Part shown: one piece after another, positions 10,214 to 19,542 of the stretch
How the letters are laid out: each line of letters starts with the position of its first letter
Position numbering within the stretch: the stretch's first letter is position 1
Assembly: GCA_009784945.1 (NCBI GenBank)
Contig: WQXH01000006.1
Span: forward strand, 1,658 to 65,657
Source of the DNA: Coriobacteriia bacterium
GTDB lineage: Bacteria; Actinomycetota; Coriobacteriia; Coriobacteriales; UBA8131
DNA: 64,000 nt
Direction of reading: 5' to 3'
Program-made: the position numbers and the translations under genes
The notes under the pieces: generated by a model
What the model saw: only the letters and a program-made list of their open reading frames with translations
Told to the model about the DNA's origin: nothing
Databases searched by the model: none

Positions 10214-10459
10214 ATGAAGATCAAGCTGCACATAGACGTGATGATGGCCAAGCGCAAAATGAGTGCTGGTGAGCTGGCAGAGCGCATTGGCATAACCCCC
10301 GCCAACCTCTCCATCCTTAAAAACAATAAGGCCAAGGCAGTGCGCTTCTCTACACTTGAGGCGCTTTGTCGAGTCTTAGAGTGCCAGCCGGGCGACCTGC
10401 TGGAATACGACACGAGCGAAGGGGCTTTAGAAGATTCTAATCTGCACAACACGGGCTGA
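10214..10459 (+). CDS. XRE/Cro-type HTH transcriptional regulator (YozG-like)
   Basis: MKIKLHIDVMMAKRKMSAGELAERIGITPANLSILKNNKAKAVRFSTLEALCRVLECQPGDLLEY. ATG at 10214 within listed ORF 10160..10459. Confidence 0.85.
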   Translation: MKIKLHIDVMMAKRKMSAGELAERIGITPANLSILKNNKAKAVRFSTLEALCRVLECQPGDLLEYDTSEGALEDSNLHNTG

Positions 10460-10501
10460 TTTACCCAGTTAACGCAAACACACAATAGAGAGGAACAAGC
10501 A

Positions 10502-12304
10502 ATGGACGCTACTCAGGGTCAGGGCGAAGCCTTGCCACAAGACGGAAATCAAGTTTTGCCACATAACAAAAACCAATGCCTACCACCAAACAGCTACGCT
10601 GCCCCCGTAGGAGAGCCGGTGTTGCCGGCAGCTGATACGGCACCAAGCCCCCAGCGTAAAACTTGGCAGCGCAGGGATTTCATCCTTGCTTTGGCGCTTC
10701 TAGCGCTGGGCTTTTGCCAATGGGAGTGGAACCTGCACCTCTTAGGCACCAGTGGCGCAGGTGACACAGTCTTTTTTCTAGCCTGCATCATTATTGCCCT
10801 GATCTACCTGCAATCGCGAGACATTCAGCAGGATATAAAGAGTTCGCTGGCGCTCGGCGTGGCGGTTGCTGGCGCTCTTCCCTTCATCTTGTACGGCAGC
10901 CGCGATTTTAATATACTCCTGTGGTTTTTTGAGATATTTGCCTGTCTTGTGTGGATTGCCTATTCCTGTAGGTCTATCATTGCTCCAAGGCTTTCGCTCT
11001 TCTTGGCAGCCGACCTCTTTAACCAAAGCATCATTGTGCCCTGGGGCAATTGTGGTGGCTTTTTTGGGAGCCTCTTCAAGTGGCATACGAGCGTTAAGAG
11101 CAGCGCTCTCAAGACCGCGGCAATCATTGTGGCAGGCATTGCTGTTTCTCTGCCCCTGTTGCTGCTTGTTGGCTCGCTACTTGAGACATCCGACGATGGC
11201 TTTGCCCAGCTGTTGGTTAGTATTCGCGAAAGCCTGAGTGCAGTGGACATGAAGACCTTGCGAGGCTGGGGGCTCAATCTCTTGCTGGGCATTCCCTTTG
11301 CAGCCTTCTTTTTTGGCAGCATAGTTGGAAACGCCTCCCATAGGCATGTTGCACATCTTAAGTATGACAGTATGATGCGCACCTTTACCAAGGCGCACCG
11401 CCTCAGCTTGCTGGCCTTTTATGCTCCACTGGGCATCTTGGTGGCCATGTATTTGATTTACTTTATTGCCATGGGCACATATCTTACGAGCGCCTTGGCT
11501 GGTGAGCTGCCCAACAGCTTTACCTATGCGCAGTATGCGCGCCAAGGCTTCTTTGAACTCTGTACGGTTGCTGCCATCAATTTGATGGTCATGGGAGTCG
11601 TCTACTTACTGGCCAAGCGCCAACCTCGCACCTCTCCCCTGCCGCTCAGAGTGCTGACTGCCGCGCTCTCTTTGCTTACCATTGCACTGGTGATAACAGC
11701 TGCAAGCAAGATGCTTCTCTACATCAACACCTACGGACTGAGTCCTCTGCGCCTCTACACCTCTGTGTTCATGTTACTACTGCTCATCGTCTTTGCCCTG
11801 CTCTTTGCTTGGCATCTCAAGCCCTTTAATGCAGCACGCCCCTGTATAGCGGCTGCTGTTGCGCTCTTTCTTGCCCTCTCGCTTGCCAATACCGATGGTT
11901 TGATTGCTCGCTATAACGTTGATCAGTATCTCAAAGGAAGCACCGAGCACATTGACACCAAGATGCTGAGAAACCTGAGCCCAGCTACTCTACCAGCCTT
12001 AAGTGACCTTGCACTGCTAGCCGATGATGCTGAGGTCAAGAAGGACGCCTGGGAAGCCATAGACAGACTTGCAAGATACGATCGCAGCTCTTTGACTCCA
12101 GAAGGCCAAAGAGAGTGGGATTACTGGTATCATTGGAATCTTGTGGGCTACTTAGGCTGGCAAGCATTAGATGGCAGAGAGTTGCCTCCAAATGCGCCAG
12201 CCGAGCTTGGAGCAAAAGAGGAGTGGTTCGATGCGCATAGGAGTGGTGAGCGATACTCACGGGTATATGCCCCTGAAAGCAGTAGAGGCTCTGGAAGGCT
12301 GTGA
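10502..12304 (+). CDS. Polytopic integral membrane protein of unknown function (possibly DUF4153/DUF4173-like)
   Basis: 600 aa with a Pro/Gln-rich cytoplasmic N-terminus, at least 10 predicted TM helices, and a soluble C-terminal part. Confidence 0.7.
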   Translation: MDATQGQGEALPQDGNQVLPHNKNQCLPPNSYAAPVGEPVLPAADTAPSPQRKTWQRRDFILALALLALGFCQWEWNLHLLGTSGAGDTVFFLACIIIALIYLQSRDIQQDIKSSLALGVAVAGALPFILYGSRDFNILLWFFEIFACLVWIAYSCRSIIAPRLSLFLAADLFNQSIIVPWGNCGGFFGSLFKWHTSVKSSALKTAAIIVAGIAVSLPLLLLVGSLLETSDDGFAQLLVSIRESLSAVDMKTLRGWGLNLLLGIPFAAFFFGSIVGNASHRHVAHLKYDSMMRTFTKAHRLSLLAFYAPLGILVAMYLIYFIAMGTYLTSALAGELPNSFTYAQYARQGFFELCTVAAINLMVMGVVYLLAKRQPRTSPLPLRVLTAALSLLTIALVITAASKMLLYINTYGLSPLRLYTSVFMLLLLIVFALLFAWHLKPFNAARPCIAAAVALFLALSLANTDGLIARYNVDQYLKGSTEHIDTKMLRNLSPATLPALSDLALLADDAEVKKDAWEAIDRLARYDRSSLTPEGQREWDYWYHWNLVGYLGWQALDGRELPPNAPAELGAKEEWFDAHRSGERYSRVYAPESSRGSGRL

Positions 12305-12704
12305 CCACATTCTTCATGCAGGCGATGTAGGCACTCTCTCGATTCTTAACGAGCTCGAGACTATAGCCCCGGTTACCGCGGTGCAGGGCAATAACGACTA
12401 CCCGCTTGCTCATATGCTCAAACAACATGAACTGGTGGAGCTGGAAGGCGTACGTTTTTTAATAACACACCGCTTAGAAGACATGGAGTATCTCTTAAGC
12501 CACTGGCAGGCGCATAAGCCTTTGCCCCACGTGGGCATCTACGGTCACACGCATGTACCCAGAGATTTCATCTTTAAGCTCGGCGGCCTGCGCATGATGA
12601 ACCCAGGCTCCCTTTACGGCCCCCGTGGAGGGAGCACAAAATCCCTGCTCTTGCTCGAAGTAACAAGAGGCGCCCTTCTTGAAGCTACTGCGGTCAGTCT
12701 GTAG
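12231..12704 (+). CDS. YfcE/MJ0936-family metallophosphoesterase
   Basis: MRIGVVSDTHGY, HAGD, GNND, and GHTHVP motifs. AAAGAGGAG lies 8 nt upstream of the ATG at 12231. Overlaps the upstream gene by 74 nt. Confidence 0.85.
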   Translation: MRIGVVSDTHGYMPLKAVEALEGCDHILHAGDVGTLSILNELETIAPVTAVQGNNDYPLAHMLKQHELVELEGVRFLITHRLEDMEYLLSHWQAHKPLPHVGIYGHTHVPRDFIFKLGGLRMMNPGSLYGPRGGSTKSLLLLEVTRGALLEATAVSL

Positions 12705-12846
12705 CTCATAAGTTAGCCTTGGCTAATCTATTACAAATTGGGAGATAATCGAGATTTCCTATCAAAACACTAGGAATTGAAGTTCAGGAGTCGTATACTG
12801 CCACAATGATTTAATTCCTACTGGTTTGCTATGAATTGAGACTGAC

Positions 12847-14049
12847 GTGACCATAAAAACAATATATCTAGATAACGCAGCCACCACAGCTGTTGCTCCA
12901 GAAGTAATTCAGGAGATGCTACCCTACTTTGAAACGCTTTGGGGTAACCCTTCTTCTCTGTATGCCTTTGGGCAACAGACGCGCAGTGCTCTAGCAGATG
13001 CGCGCAATCGCATTGCCACCCACCTGGGCACAAGCGATCAAAACATCTACTTTACCGCCAGTGGCACAGAGGCTAACAACTGGGCCATCAAAGAAACGAT
13101 GTTTGCCTACCAAAACAAAGGCAGGCACTTTGTTACCACCGCAATTGAACACCACGCAACTTCGCACTCTGCTGCCTGGCTACAAAAGCGCGGCTATGAA
13201 GTCACCTTCTTAAAAGTAGACAAGGATGGCCTGGTAGATCCTGAAGAGTTTAGAGCTGCCCTGCGCCCAGACACCGTGCTTGCCTCCATCATTTACGGCA
13301 ACAATGAAATAGGAACGGTACAGCCTATCAAAGAACTGGCTGCCATTGCGCGCGAGAACAAGGTGCTCCTTCATACCGATGCGGTACAAGTGGTGGGGCA
13401 TATGCCTGTTGACGTGGAGGATTTGGGCGTTGATTTCTTGAGCGCTTCTGGCCACAAGTTCAATGCGCCTAAGGGAGTAGGCTTTCTCTATATCCGCAAG
13501 GGTATTAAGACCAAGGGCCTTCTTGATGGTGGCGCGCAAGAGCGCAAGCGGCGCGCTGGCACCGAAAATGTGCCTTATATCATGGGCATGGCCAAGGCTC
13601 TCGATCTGAGCGTGGCGAATATGCACGAGCGCACTGCCCACGAAATGAAACTGCGCGACCGCCTTATCAACCGACTTCTAAGCGAAGTTGAGCATTGCTA
13701 CCTCAATGGGCACCGCACTCAGCGCCTGGCAAGCAATGTGAATATCTCCTTTGAGTTTGTTGAAGGCGAGTCTTTACTACTCATGCTTGAGCAGCGGGGC
13801 ATCCTGGCATCCAGTGGCTCCGCCTGTGCCTCGGGTTCTCTTGACCCCAGCCATGTTCTTTTGGCTATTGGCCTGCCCCATGAAATTGCTCATGGCAGTT
13901 TGCGCCTGACGCTCAGCCATGAAACCAGCATAGAAGACATAGATTACACTGTTCGGGCCATCAAGGAGGTTGTAGCGCAGCTCAGGAGAATGAGCCCGCT
14001 ATATGAAGACTTCATGGCCGGAAGGAAGGCTCTCAGCGCCGTTAAGTAA
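12847..14049 (+). CDS. nifS: Cysteine desulfurase (NifS/IscS class)
   Basis: IYLDNAATT, the PLP-lysine motif SASGHKFNAPKGVG, and the active-site loop SSGSACASG. GTG start. Confidence 0.93.
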   Translation: MTIKTIYLDNAATTAVAPEVIQEMLPYFETLWGNPSSLYAFGQQTRSALADARNRIATHLGTSDQNIYFTASGTEANNWAIKETMFAYQNKGRHFVTTAIEHHATSHSAAWLQKRGYEVTFLKVDKDGLVDPEEFRAALRPDTVLASIIYGNNEIGTVQPIKELAAIARENKVLLHTDAVQVVGHMPVDVEDLGVDFLSASGHKFNAPKGVGFLYIRKGIKTKGLLDGGAQERKRRAGTENVPYIMGMAKALDLSVANMHERTAHEMKLRDRLINRLLSEVEHCYLNGHRTQRLASNVNISFEFVEGESLLLMLEQRGILASSGSACASGSLDPSHVLLAIGLPHEIAHGSLRLTLSHETSIEDIDYTVRAIKEVVAQLRRMSPLYEDFMAGRKALSAVK

Positions 14050-14219
14050 TATATTGGACAGTTTAAGCAGAGGATGGTTAATTTGAGCGAGTAGATTGGC
14101 ATGAAAGTCAGGTTCGTGACCGAGGGAGTTTATACCTGATAAATGACCGAGGTTCGGTTCTGACTTGAATGCCAAGGTGCCCCTCAAATTAAGCACTGGC
14201 AAGCAAAGGAAACCAGTCA

Positions 14220-14660
14220 ATGAGTTATTCAGAAAAAGTAATGGAGCACTTTTCAAACCCTCGCAATATGGGTGAGATAGAAAACCCCAGTGGAGTTGGC
14301 ACCGTTGGCAACGCCCAGTGTGGCGACATCATGCGTGTCTACCTTGACATAAACGATGGCATCGTCAATGACGTCAAATTTAAAACCTTTGGCTGCGCAG
14401 CAGCTGTAGCCACCTCCAGCATGGCTACCGAGCTGGTCAAGGGCAAAACGATTGAAGAAGCGCTCAAGGTTACCAACGCCGCCGTATGCGACGCCCTTGA
14501 TGGCCTGCCGCAGGTCAAGGTGCACTGCTCACTTTTGGCAGAAGAAGCTATTCATGCAGCACTTTGGGATTACGCGCAAAAGGAGGGCATCGCCATTGAA
14601 GGCCTGGAGCCACCCAAGAGCGACATTCATGAAGAAGAAGAGGAAGAAGAGGCTTACTGA
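14220..14660 (+). CDS. nifU: Fe-S cluster scaffold NifU/IscU
   Basis: HFSNPRNMG, GNAQCGDIM, FKTFGCAAA, and HCSLLA (three conserved Cys), followed by an EEEEEE tail. Confidence 0.93.
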   Translation: MSYSEKVMEHFSNPRNMGEIENPSGVGTVGNAQCGDIMRVYLDINDGIVNDVKFKTFGCAAAVATSSMATELVKGKTIEEALKVTNAAVCDALDGLPQVKVHCSLLAEEAIHAALWDYAQKEGIAIEGLEPPKSDIHEEEEEEEAY

Positions 14661-15073
14661 TGCGCGCAAGCAGCAAGGTTCGCTATGCCCTCTATTTGAT
14701 GATCGACGTAGCCAAGCACCAAGAAGCTGGCCCTGTTCCCCTCAGGGAGGTTTCGGTAAGGCAAAACATATCACTCAAATATCTCGAGCAAATTGCTTCT
14801 CAATTAAGCAAATTTGGCTATTTGGAGAGTATACGTGGTGCACAGGGTGGCTACCGCCTGGCTCGCGAGGCCGCCAGCATTAGCGCCGGAGATATCATGC
14901 GGGCTGCCGAAGGAGAGTTTGTTTCTGTTGCGTGCCTTGACGAAGAGGCAGAAGCCTGCCCACGCCAGTCACACTGCTGTAGCATCGCTGCCTTTTGGCA
15001 GGGGCTCCACCAGACCATTGATAGCTATACTGACGACGTTTCTTTAGAGAGCCTGGCGCTCACTCAGCTTTGA
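14660..15073 (+). CDS. Rrf2-family transcriptional regulator (IscR/CymR-like)
   Basis: MRASSKVRYALYLMIDVAKH...ISLKYLEQIASQLSKFGYLESIRGAQGGYRLA winged helix, plus C-terminal Cys residues. The ATG overlaps the nifU stop by 1 nt. Confidence 0.88.
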   Translation: MRASSKVRYALYLMIDVAKHQEAGPVPLREVSVRQNISLKYLEQIASQLSKFGYLESIRGAQGGYRLAREAASISAGDIMRAAEGEFVSVACLDEEAEACPRQSHCCSIAAFWQGLHQTIDSYTDDVSLESLALTQL

Positions 15074-15275
15074 GCTCATTGACATAGGTCAAGGTAGCAG
15101 CATCTGCCGACTACTATACTCCCACATAGGATCAACAAAGGCTCTGCAAAGAGCACGCAAGGCAGTAGCGTATTTTCAAAAACTTCAGCCGTTAATCTGA
15201 TGTATACAAATCCTTGCGCGGTTATCGGTATAATACGACACTGACTTGATTCAAGAGCAATTTCTGCAAAGAGAA

Positions 15276-15351
15276 TGGTGCCCTCGATACGATTCGAACG
15301 TACGACACCAGCTTTAGGAGAGCTGTGCTCTATCCCCTGAGCTACGAGGGC
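15276..15351 (-). tRNA. tRNA-Arg (anticodon CCU)
   Basis: The reverse complement folds as a cloverleaf: acceptor GCCCTCG/CGAGGGC, D arm GCTC..GAGC, anticodon stem CAGCT/AGCTG with loop CTCCTAA, T loop TTCGAAT, encoded CCA. Confidence 0.9.
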
Positions 15352-15367
15352 ATATAAGTATTCTAGC

Positions 15368-16081
15368 ATGATGGGGAAATCGTTCAATGTTTGTTTGCGA
15401 AGTTTTGGAGGACTTTTGAATACTCAATTAAAAAAGCGACTCACCGTTGTAACAGGTATTTGCGTAGTGGTTCTGATAATAGTTCTGGCTGTGGTAAGCG
15501 GAGCAAGCGGCTATAAGACCATGAGTGTTGCCCAGGCACTGGAGCCAGACAATCGTGATGCTCGCGTACAGGTTTCTGGGCAAGTCGTGAGCGGGTCCTA
15601 CGCTTTTGACAGCGGAACGCTTACCTTTTCCATCTTTGATCCAGAAGGAAACCCAAAAGAGCACCTGGAGGTAATCTATCAAGGTGGTGTTTCTTCTACG
15701 TTTGGAAATCAAGTAACGGCCATCTGCACGGGTATCATAAACAATCAAGGAATTTTGGAATGTTCTGAGTTGGTAACCAAATGCCCCTCGAAATACGAGT
15801 CGGCTACCGACGCCCTCACCGTACCTCAGCTTTTGAGCTATGGCTCAACTGTGGTGGACAATCCCCTCAGAATTACCGGCGAGGTTAAACCGGGAAGCAT
15901 CAGGTCGGTACAAGAAAAAGAGCGGCTTGTGCTGCAAGACCAGGCTTCTGATGCGGAGATTTCCATAGTGTTTGCCGGAGCCTTACCCGACGAGATTAAA
16001 GACAATTCAGTTTTGGTTATCACGGGCTCTCTCAACAGCGCTGGTCAATTTGATGCAACCGACATTGCCCTTCGCGAGTAG
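15368..16081 (+). CDS. ccmE: Cytochrome c maturation heme chaperone CcmE, CxxxY variant, with a second tandem OB-like domain
   Basis: N-terminal TM anchor and an OB-fold-like region (VQVSGQVVSGS...FSIFD...VIYQG). The motif KCPSKY (Cys139, Tyr143; nt 15782-15796) sits where canonical CcmE has HxxxY. First gene of the ccm operon. Confidence 0.75.
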   Translation: MMGKSFNVCLRSFGGLLNTQLKKRLTVVTGICVVVLIIVLAVVSGASGYKTMSVAQALEPDNRDARVQVSGQVVSGSYAFDSGTLTFSIFDPEGNPKEHLEVIYQGGVSSTFGNQVTAICTGIINNQGILECSELVTKCPSKYESATDALTVPQLLSYGSTVVDNPLRITGEVKPGSIRSVQEKERLVLQDQASDAEISIVFAGALPDEIKDNSVLVITGSLNSAGQFDATDIALRE

Positions 16082-16195
16082 CAAGCACTCAATGAAGCTC
16101 GTCAGAGTCGCAAGCCTTTACAGTCATGACAACTACTCTTTTCATGACATATATAATAGAACCTTCAACAACACTATCATAGAGGAGTATAAAGT

Positions 16196-18790
16196 ATGGT
16201 AGCCCTTGGAACTCTTAGTCTTACGTTGGCATTTATAGCAACTGTCGCATCGGTTGTTTGCCTTTCAATAGCTGCATTTAATGCCAAAACGCTCAATGCG
16301 TCAGGTGCAAAAAAGCAGCAGGACACTCAATCAATAGACAAGCTTCAGTTTATTGGCTTTGTGGTTGTCTGGGTCAGCGCTGCTACCCTGACTGTCTGCT
16401 GCGCCATTATCGTCATTGCCCTTTTGGGTGGAGATAACACCATCAACTATGTTGTATTCAATAGAAGCAACTCTGCCTCCAACCTGGCTTTACTCTATAA
16501 GGTTTCTGGCTTGTGGGCTGGCCGCGCAGGATCATTGATGTTTTGGGCGTGGCTCATCTCGCTCTTTAATGCGGTAGTAGCGCTTAAGGCTTGGCGCTTT
16601 ACGCAAAACGTCAAGCAGGCACCAGAGAAGCTCTCTTCAGAAACATCCAAGGCTCATCCAGTGCTTGGCAGGGCAATGGACTCTGCTGCTCTCACTGTTG
16701 CGCAGTTGGTACTGCTCGTCTTCTTGTGCATATTGGTGTTTGACCCGGGCAATTATCCCTTTGAGGCCTTTCCCAAAGAATTCATTGATGAGACGGGTGC
16801 CCTGCTTGGCAATGCTGCCCTGCTGCGTATGAATGTTTTGCTTGAGCATTGGGCAATGTCAATTCATCCTCCTACGCTTTTCATTGGCTATGCGGGCTTG
16901 ACCATTCCCTTTGCCTACGCATTGGCAGCCCTCTATGTAAATGACTCCTCAAGGTTTTGGGTGGACAGATCTGGTCGCATCGCTTTGATATCGTGGCTCT
17001 TTCTTGGTGCGGGCATCGGCCTGGGCTCGGTTTGGGCATATATGGAGCTCACCTTTGGTGGCTACTGGGCTTGGGATGCGGTAGAAAATGCCAGTCTTTT
17101 GTCTTGGGGAGCAGCGGTAGCGCTCATACACACCATGACTATCTACCGTCAACGCGGCACCTTTAAGCGATGGGCTGTCATGCTTGCCTGTCTCACCTTT
17201 TCTTTTGTCATCGTGGGTACCTTTATCACCCGCACAGGCATTGTGTCGAGCGTGCATGCTTTTGACGCCAACCTGATTTCTCAGATACTCTTTGGTATCT
17301 TGATTATTATTCCGCTTATTGCAGGATTTGTGGGATTGATGGTTCGCCGCAGTAGCTTTGCTGACGCAACTGACGAAAGCACTGCCGCAGAAGGTTTCTT
17401 GAGCAGGGACGTTGCCTACTATCTCACCAATATCGTCATGGTGGTATGCATGCTTCTCCTTTTGTATATGACGATGGCTCCTGCAATACCGGCACTCGAT
17501 TTTCTGCCAAATTGGTCTCAGTGGCTCTATCTGGGTGGGCAGACTCTGCTTGCTCCATCATATGATGCCGTTGCGCGCCCCATAGGAATCCTCTTTTGCC
17601 TCATCATTGCTCTTTGCCCCCTACTGGCTTGGAGAAAAACCGGTCTCAAGAGTTTTGCAAAACAAGCCTGGCTGCCCGCAGTGGGCGCAGGGCTGGTCTT
17701 TGCAGGTCTTTGCGTGTTTTTTGTTGAAACCTTATTGCCCACCTACATGCTTATCATGACTTTGGATGGAGACAGCGCCCAAGCGCTCATGGAGGCCGGG
17801 CCCTTCTTTCTCTCGCCCATGGCGGTGTTTCTCTATTATGCCGCTATGACCCTCGTTGGCTTTTTTATAGCCAGTTTGCTCTTCTTTAACTCTCTGGTTT
17901 TATTGGTGCGCGCCATCGCAAAGCGCAATCTGCGCGTACAGACCATTGGAGGCTGTATAGCTCACCTGTCTATGGGCATTATTCTGGTTGGACTCATAGG
18001 TTCTTCTGTATACACCTTTAAGACTGAGGGCTACCTTGCCAATCCCAGCCCTAATCCTCATGCTGCAGAAGCCGGTAATCCTCATTCCATCATGGGCAGC
18101 GGAGCCAAGGAGACCTTCCTCATTAAGAACTATGCCCTTACTTTTGTATCCGAAGACGTGGAGCACTTAGACAACGGTGATGAGATTCGCCACACGCTGA
18201 CTCTCTCGGTTGAAAAAAATGGGGAGTTCTTGGGCTATGTACGCCCTCAGATTACCGAGGTTCTCTCTGCCAAACAGCTTTCCGGCAAGGAACAAAACCT
18301 CTTGCATCCCTCTGTATTAAGCCGACCCGGAGAGGATCTTTTTGTGGTTTTTGGTGGCATTGACCCCATGTCTGGCAACTTCTGGCTTGACGTACGCGTT
18401 ACCCCTCTCATCTGGTATGTCTGGCTGGGCTTTGGCCTTTTGATGCTGGGCACGGCAATAGCTGCCTTTGGTGTACGTAACGGCAAGAAGAAAAGGCTTA
18501 CGGATGGTTACGAGAGCTCAGCAGACGCTGAGGAAGCGGGTGACGCAGAGCTTGAGCTTGATGAAGAGGCTGGTGATACAGAGACTGGTGATTCAGAGGC
18601 TGATACAGAAGCTGACGATGATGATGCTGATGAGAAGGCTGATGTAGAAGCTGATGAGGCTGATATTGATGAGGAGGCTGATGCTGAAGTTGATGACACA
18701 GAAGCTGACGTTGATGCCGAGGCTGAAGAGGCCGCCGATACGGACGCTGATGAAAAATCTGATGACGACCTTCAAGAAAAACAGAGCTGA
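16196..18790 (+). CDS. ccmF: Cytochrome c heme lyase subunit CcmF with an acidic C-terminal tail
   Basis: Polytopic protein with the WWD motif GGYWAWDAVENASLLSW and conserved His-containing loops. 864 aa. Confidence 0.88.
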   Translation: MVALGTLSLTLAFIATVASVVCLSIAAFNAKTLNASGAKKQQDTQSIDKLQFIGFVVVWVSAATLTVCCAIIVIALLGGDNTINYVVFNRSNSASNLALLYKVSGLWAGRAGSLMFWAWLISLFNAVVALKAWRFTQNVKQAPEKLSSETSKAHPVLGRAMDSAALTVAQLVLLVFLCILVFDPGNYPFEAFPKEFIDETGALLGNAALLRMNVLLEHWAMSIHPPTLFIGYAGLTIPFAYALAALYVNDSSRFWVDRSGRIALISWLFLGAGIGLGSVWAYMELTFGGYWAWDAVENASLLSWGAAVALIHTMTIYRQRGTFKRWAVMLACLTFSFVIVGTFITRTGIVSSVHAFDANLISQILFGILIIIPLIAGFVGLMVRRSSFADATDESTAAEGFLSRDVAYYLTNIVMVVCMLLLLYMTMAPAIPALDFLPNWSQWLYLGGQTLLAPSYDAVARPIGILFCLIIALCPLLAWRKTGLKSFAKQAWLPAVGAGLVFAGLCVFFVETLLPTYMLIMTLDGDSAQALMEAGPFFLSPMAVFLYYAAMTLVGFFIASLLFFNSLVLLVRAIAKRNLRVQTIGGCIAHLSMGIILVGLIGSSVYTFKTEGYLANPSPNPHAAEAGNPHSIMGSGAKETFLIKNYALTFVSEDVEHLDNGDEIRHTLTLSVEKNGEFLGYVRPQITEVLSAKQLSGKEQNLLHPSVLSRPGEDLFVVFGGIDPMSGNFWLDVRVTPLIWYVWLGFGLLMLGTAIAAFGVRNGKKKRLTDGYESSADAEEAGDAELELDEEAGDTETGDSEADTEADDDDADEKADVEADEADIDEEADAEVDDTEADVDAEAEEAADTDADEKSDDDLQEKQS
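18510..18787 (+). other. Asp/Glu/Ala-rich low-complexity tail of CcmF
   Basis: About 90 residues of (E/D)A(D/E)-type repeats: EADTEADDDDADEKADVEADEADIDEEADAEVDDTEADVDAEAEEAADTDADE. Confidence 0.8.
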
Positions 18791-18801
18791 GCGCTGCGCA
18801 A

Positions 18802-19542
18802 GTGATGACGACCGCATCTGCCATAACAGTGCAAAAGATGAGCAAGGTCTTTGGCCAGCGCAAGGCCTTGGACAAGGTGAGCTTTGAGCTACCCCAGGGA
18901 GCCTTTCTCTCAATCTTTGGGCCAAATGGTGCGGGCAAAACCACGCTGCTTCGCATACTTTCTACCTTAATGAGGCCAAGCAGCGGAAGTGCAGAGGTCT
19001 TGGGCTTTGACCTCAAAGAAAAGCCCGGAGGTCTGCGCAATCATATTGGCTTCATTTCGCACAAACCGTTGCTGTACCTTGATTTGAGCGCAGAGGAAAA
19101 CCTGCTCTTTGCCGCCCGACTCTACGGCGTAGAAGAGCCAGAGCAACGTGTAAGCGAGCTTTTAGCTGTTGTGGAGCTCACGGCTAGACGCCACGACAGC
19201 GTACGCACGTTCTCACGTGGCATGACACAGCGCCTGTCCATTGCAAGAGCCTTGGTGCACGACCCGCAGCTGGTGTTCTTAGACGAGCCCTATTCTGGAC
19301 TGGATCCTCACGCCGTGCACATCTTTGACGAACTGCTGCAAAAGATTCGCGAGCAAGAGAGCCTCGAGCGGCAGCGCAGCTTCTGCATGGTGAGCCACGA
19401 CATGGACAAAGGTCTTGATTTGGCTACCCACCTCCTCATACTCGAAAAAGGCAAGGTGGTGCTCTTTGACCAAAAAGATGAGATTGATCGCAGCGACTTC
19501 GTGAGGCATTACCATCGTAGTGTGGGGATGGGAGTGGCCTGA
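18802..19542 (+). CDS. ccmA: Heme exporter ATP-binding protein CcmA
   Basis: Walker A GPNGAGKTTLLR, signature FSRGMTQRLSIARAL, Walker B VFLDEPYSGLD. Position in the ccm operon supports the call. Confidence 0.85.
   Translation: MMTTASAITVQKMSKVFGQRKALDKVSFELPQGAFLSIFGPNGAGKTTLLRILSTLMRPSSGSAEVLGFDLKEKPGGLRNHIGFISHKPLLYLDLSAEENLLFAARLYGVEEPEQRVSELLAVVELTARRHDSVRTFSRGMTQRLSIARALVHDPQLVFLDEPYSGLDPHAVHIFDELLQKIREQESLERQRSFCMVSHDMDKGLDLATHLLILEKGKVVLFDQKDEIDRSDFVRHYHRSVGMGVA

Noticed and set aside
9898-10485. 195-aa minus-strand ORF
   Set aside because: It is antisense to the DUF2975-like and XRE genes. The plus-strand HTH is unmistakable.
12771-12820. Possible Rrf2/IscR operator and promoter upstream of nifS (TAGGAATT ... 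AATTCCTA around a TATACT box)
   Set aside because: The arms are only 8 bp and are 34 nt apart. The spacing from the candidate -35 to the -10 is wrong (11 nt), and there is no resemblance to known IscR or CymR sites that I can verify.
15076-15387. 103-aa minus-strand ORF
   Set aside because: It contains the tRNA-Arg(CCU) gene within it, so its apparent coding potential is explained by the tRNA.
18498-19040. 180-aa minus-strand ORF rich in Gln/His/Pro/Leu, plus the 63-aa Ser/Ala ORF 18508..18699
   Set aside because: These are antisense readings of the GAnGCTGA-type repeats that encode the acidic CcmF tail and of the start of ccmA. They are low-complexity mirror ORFs.
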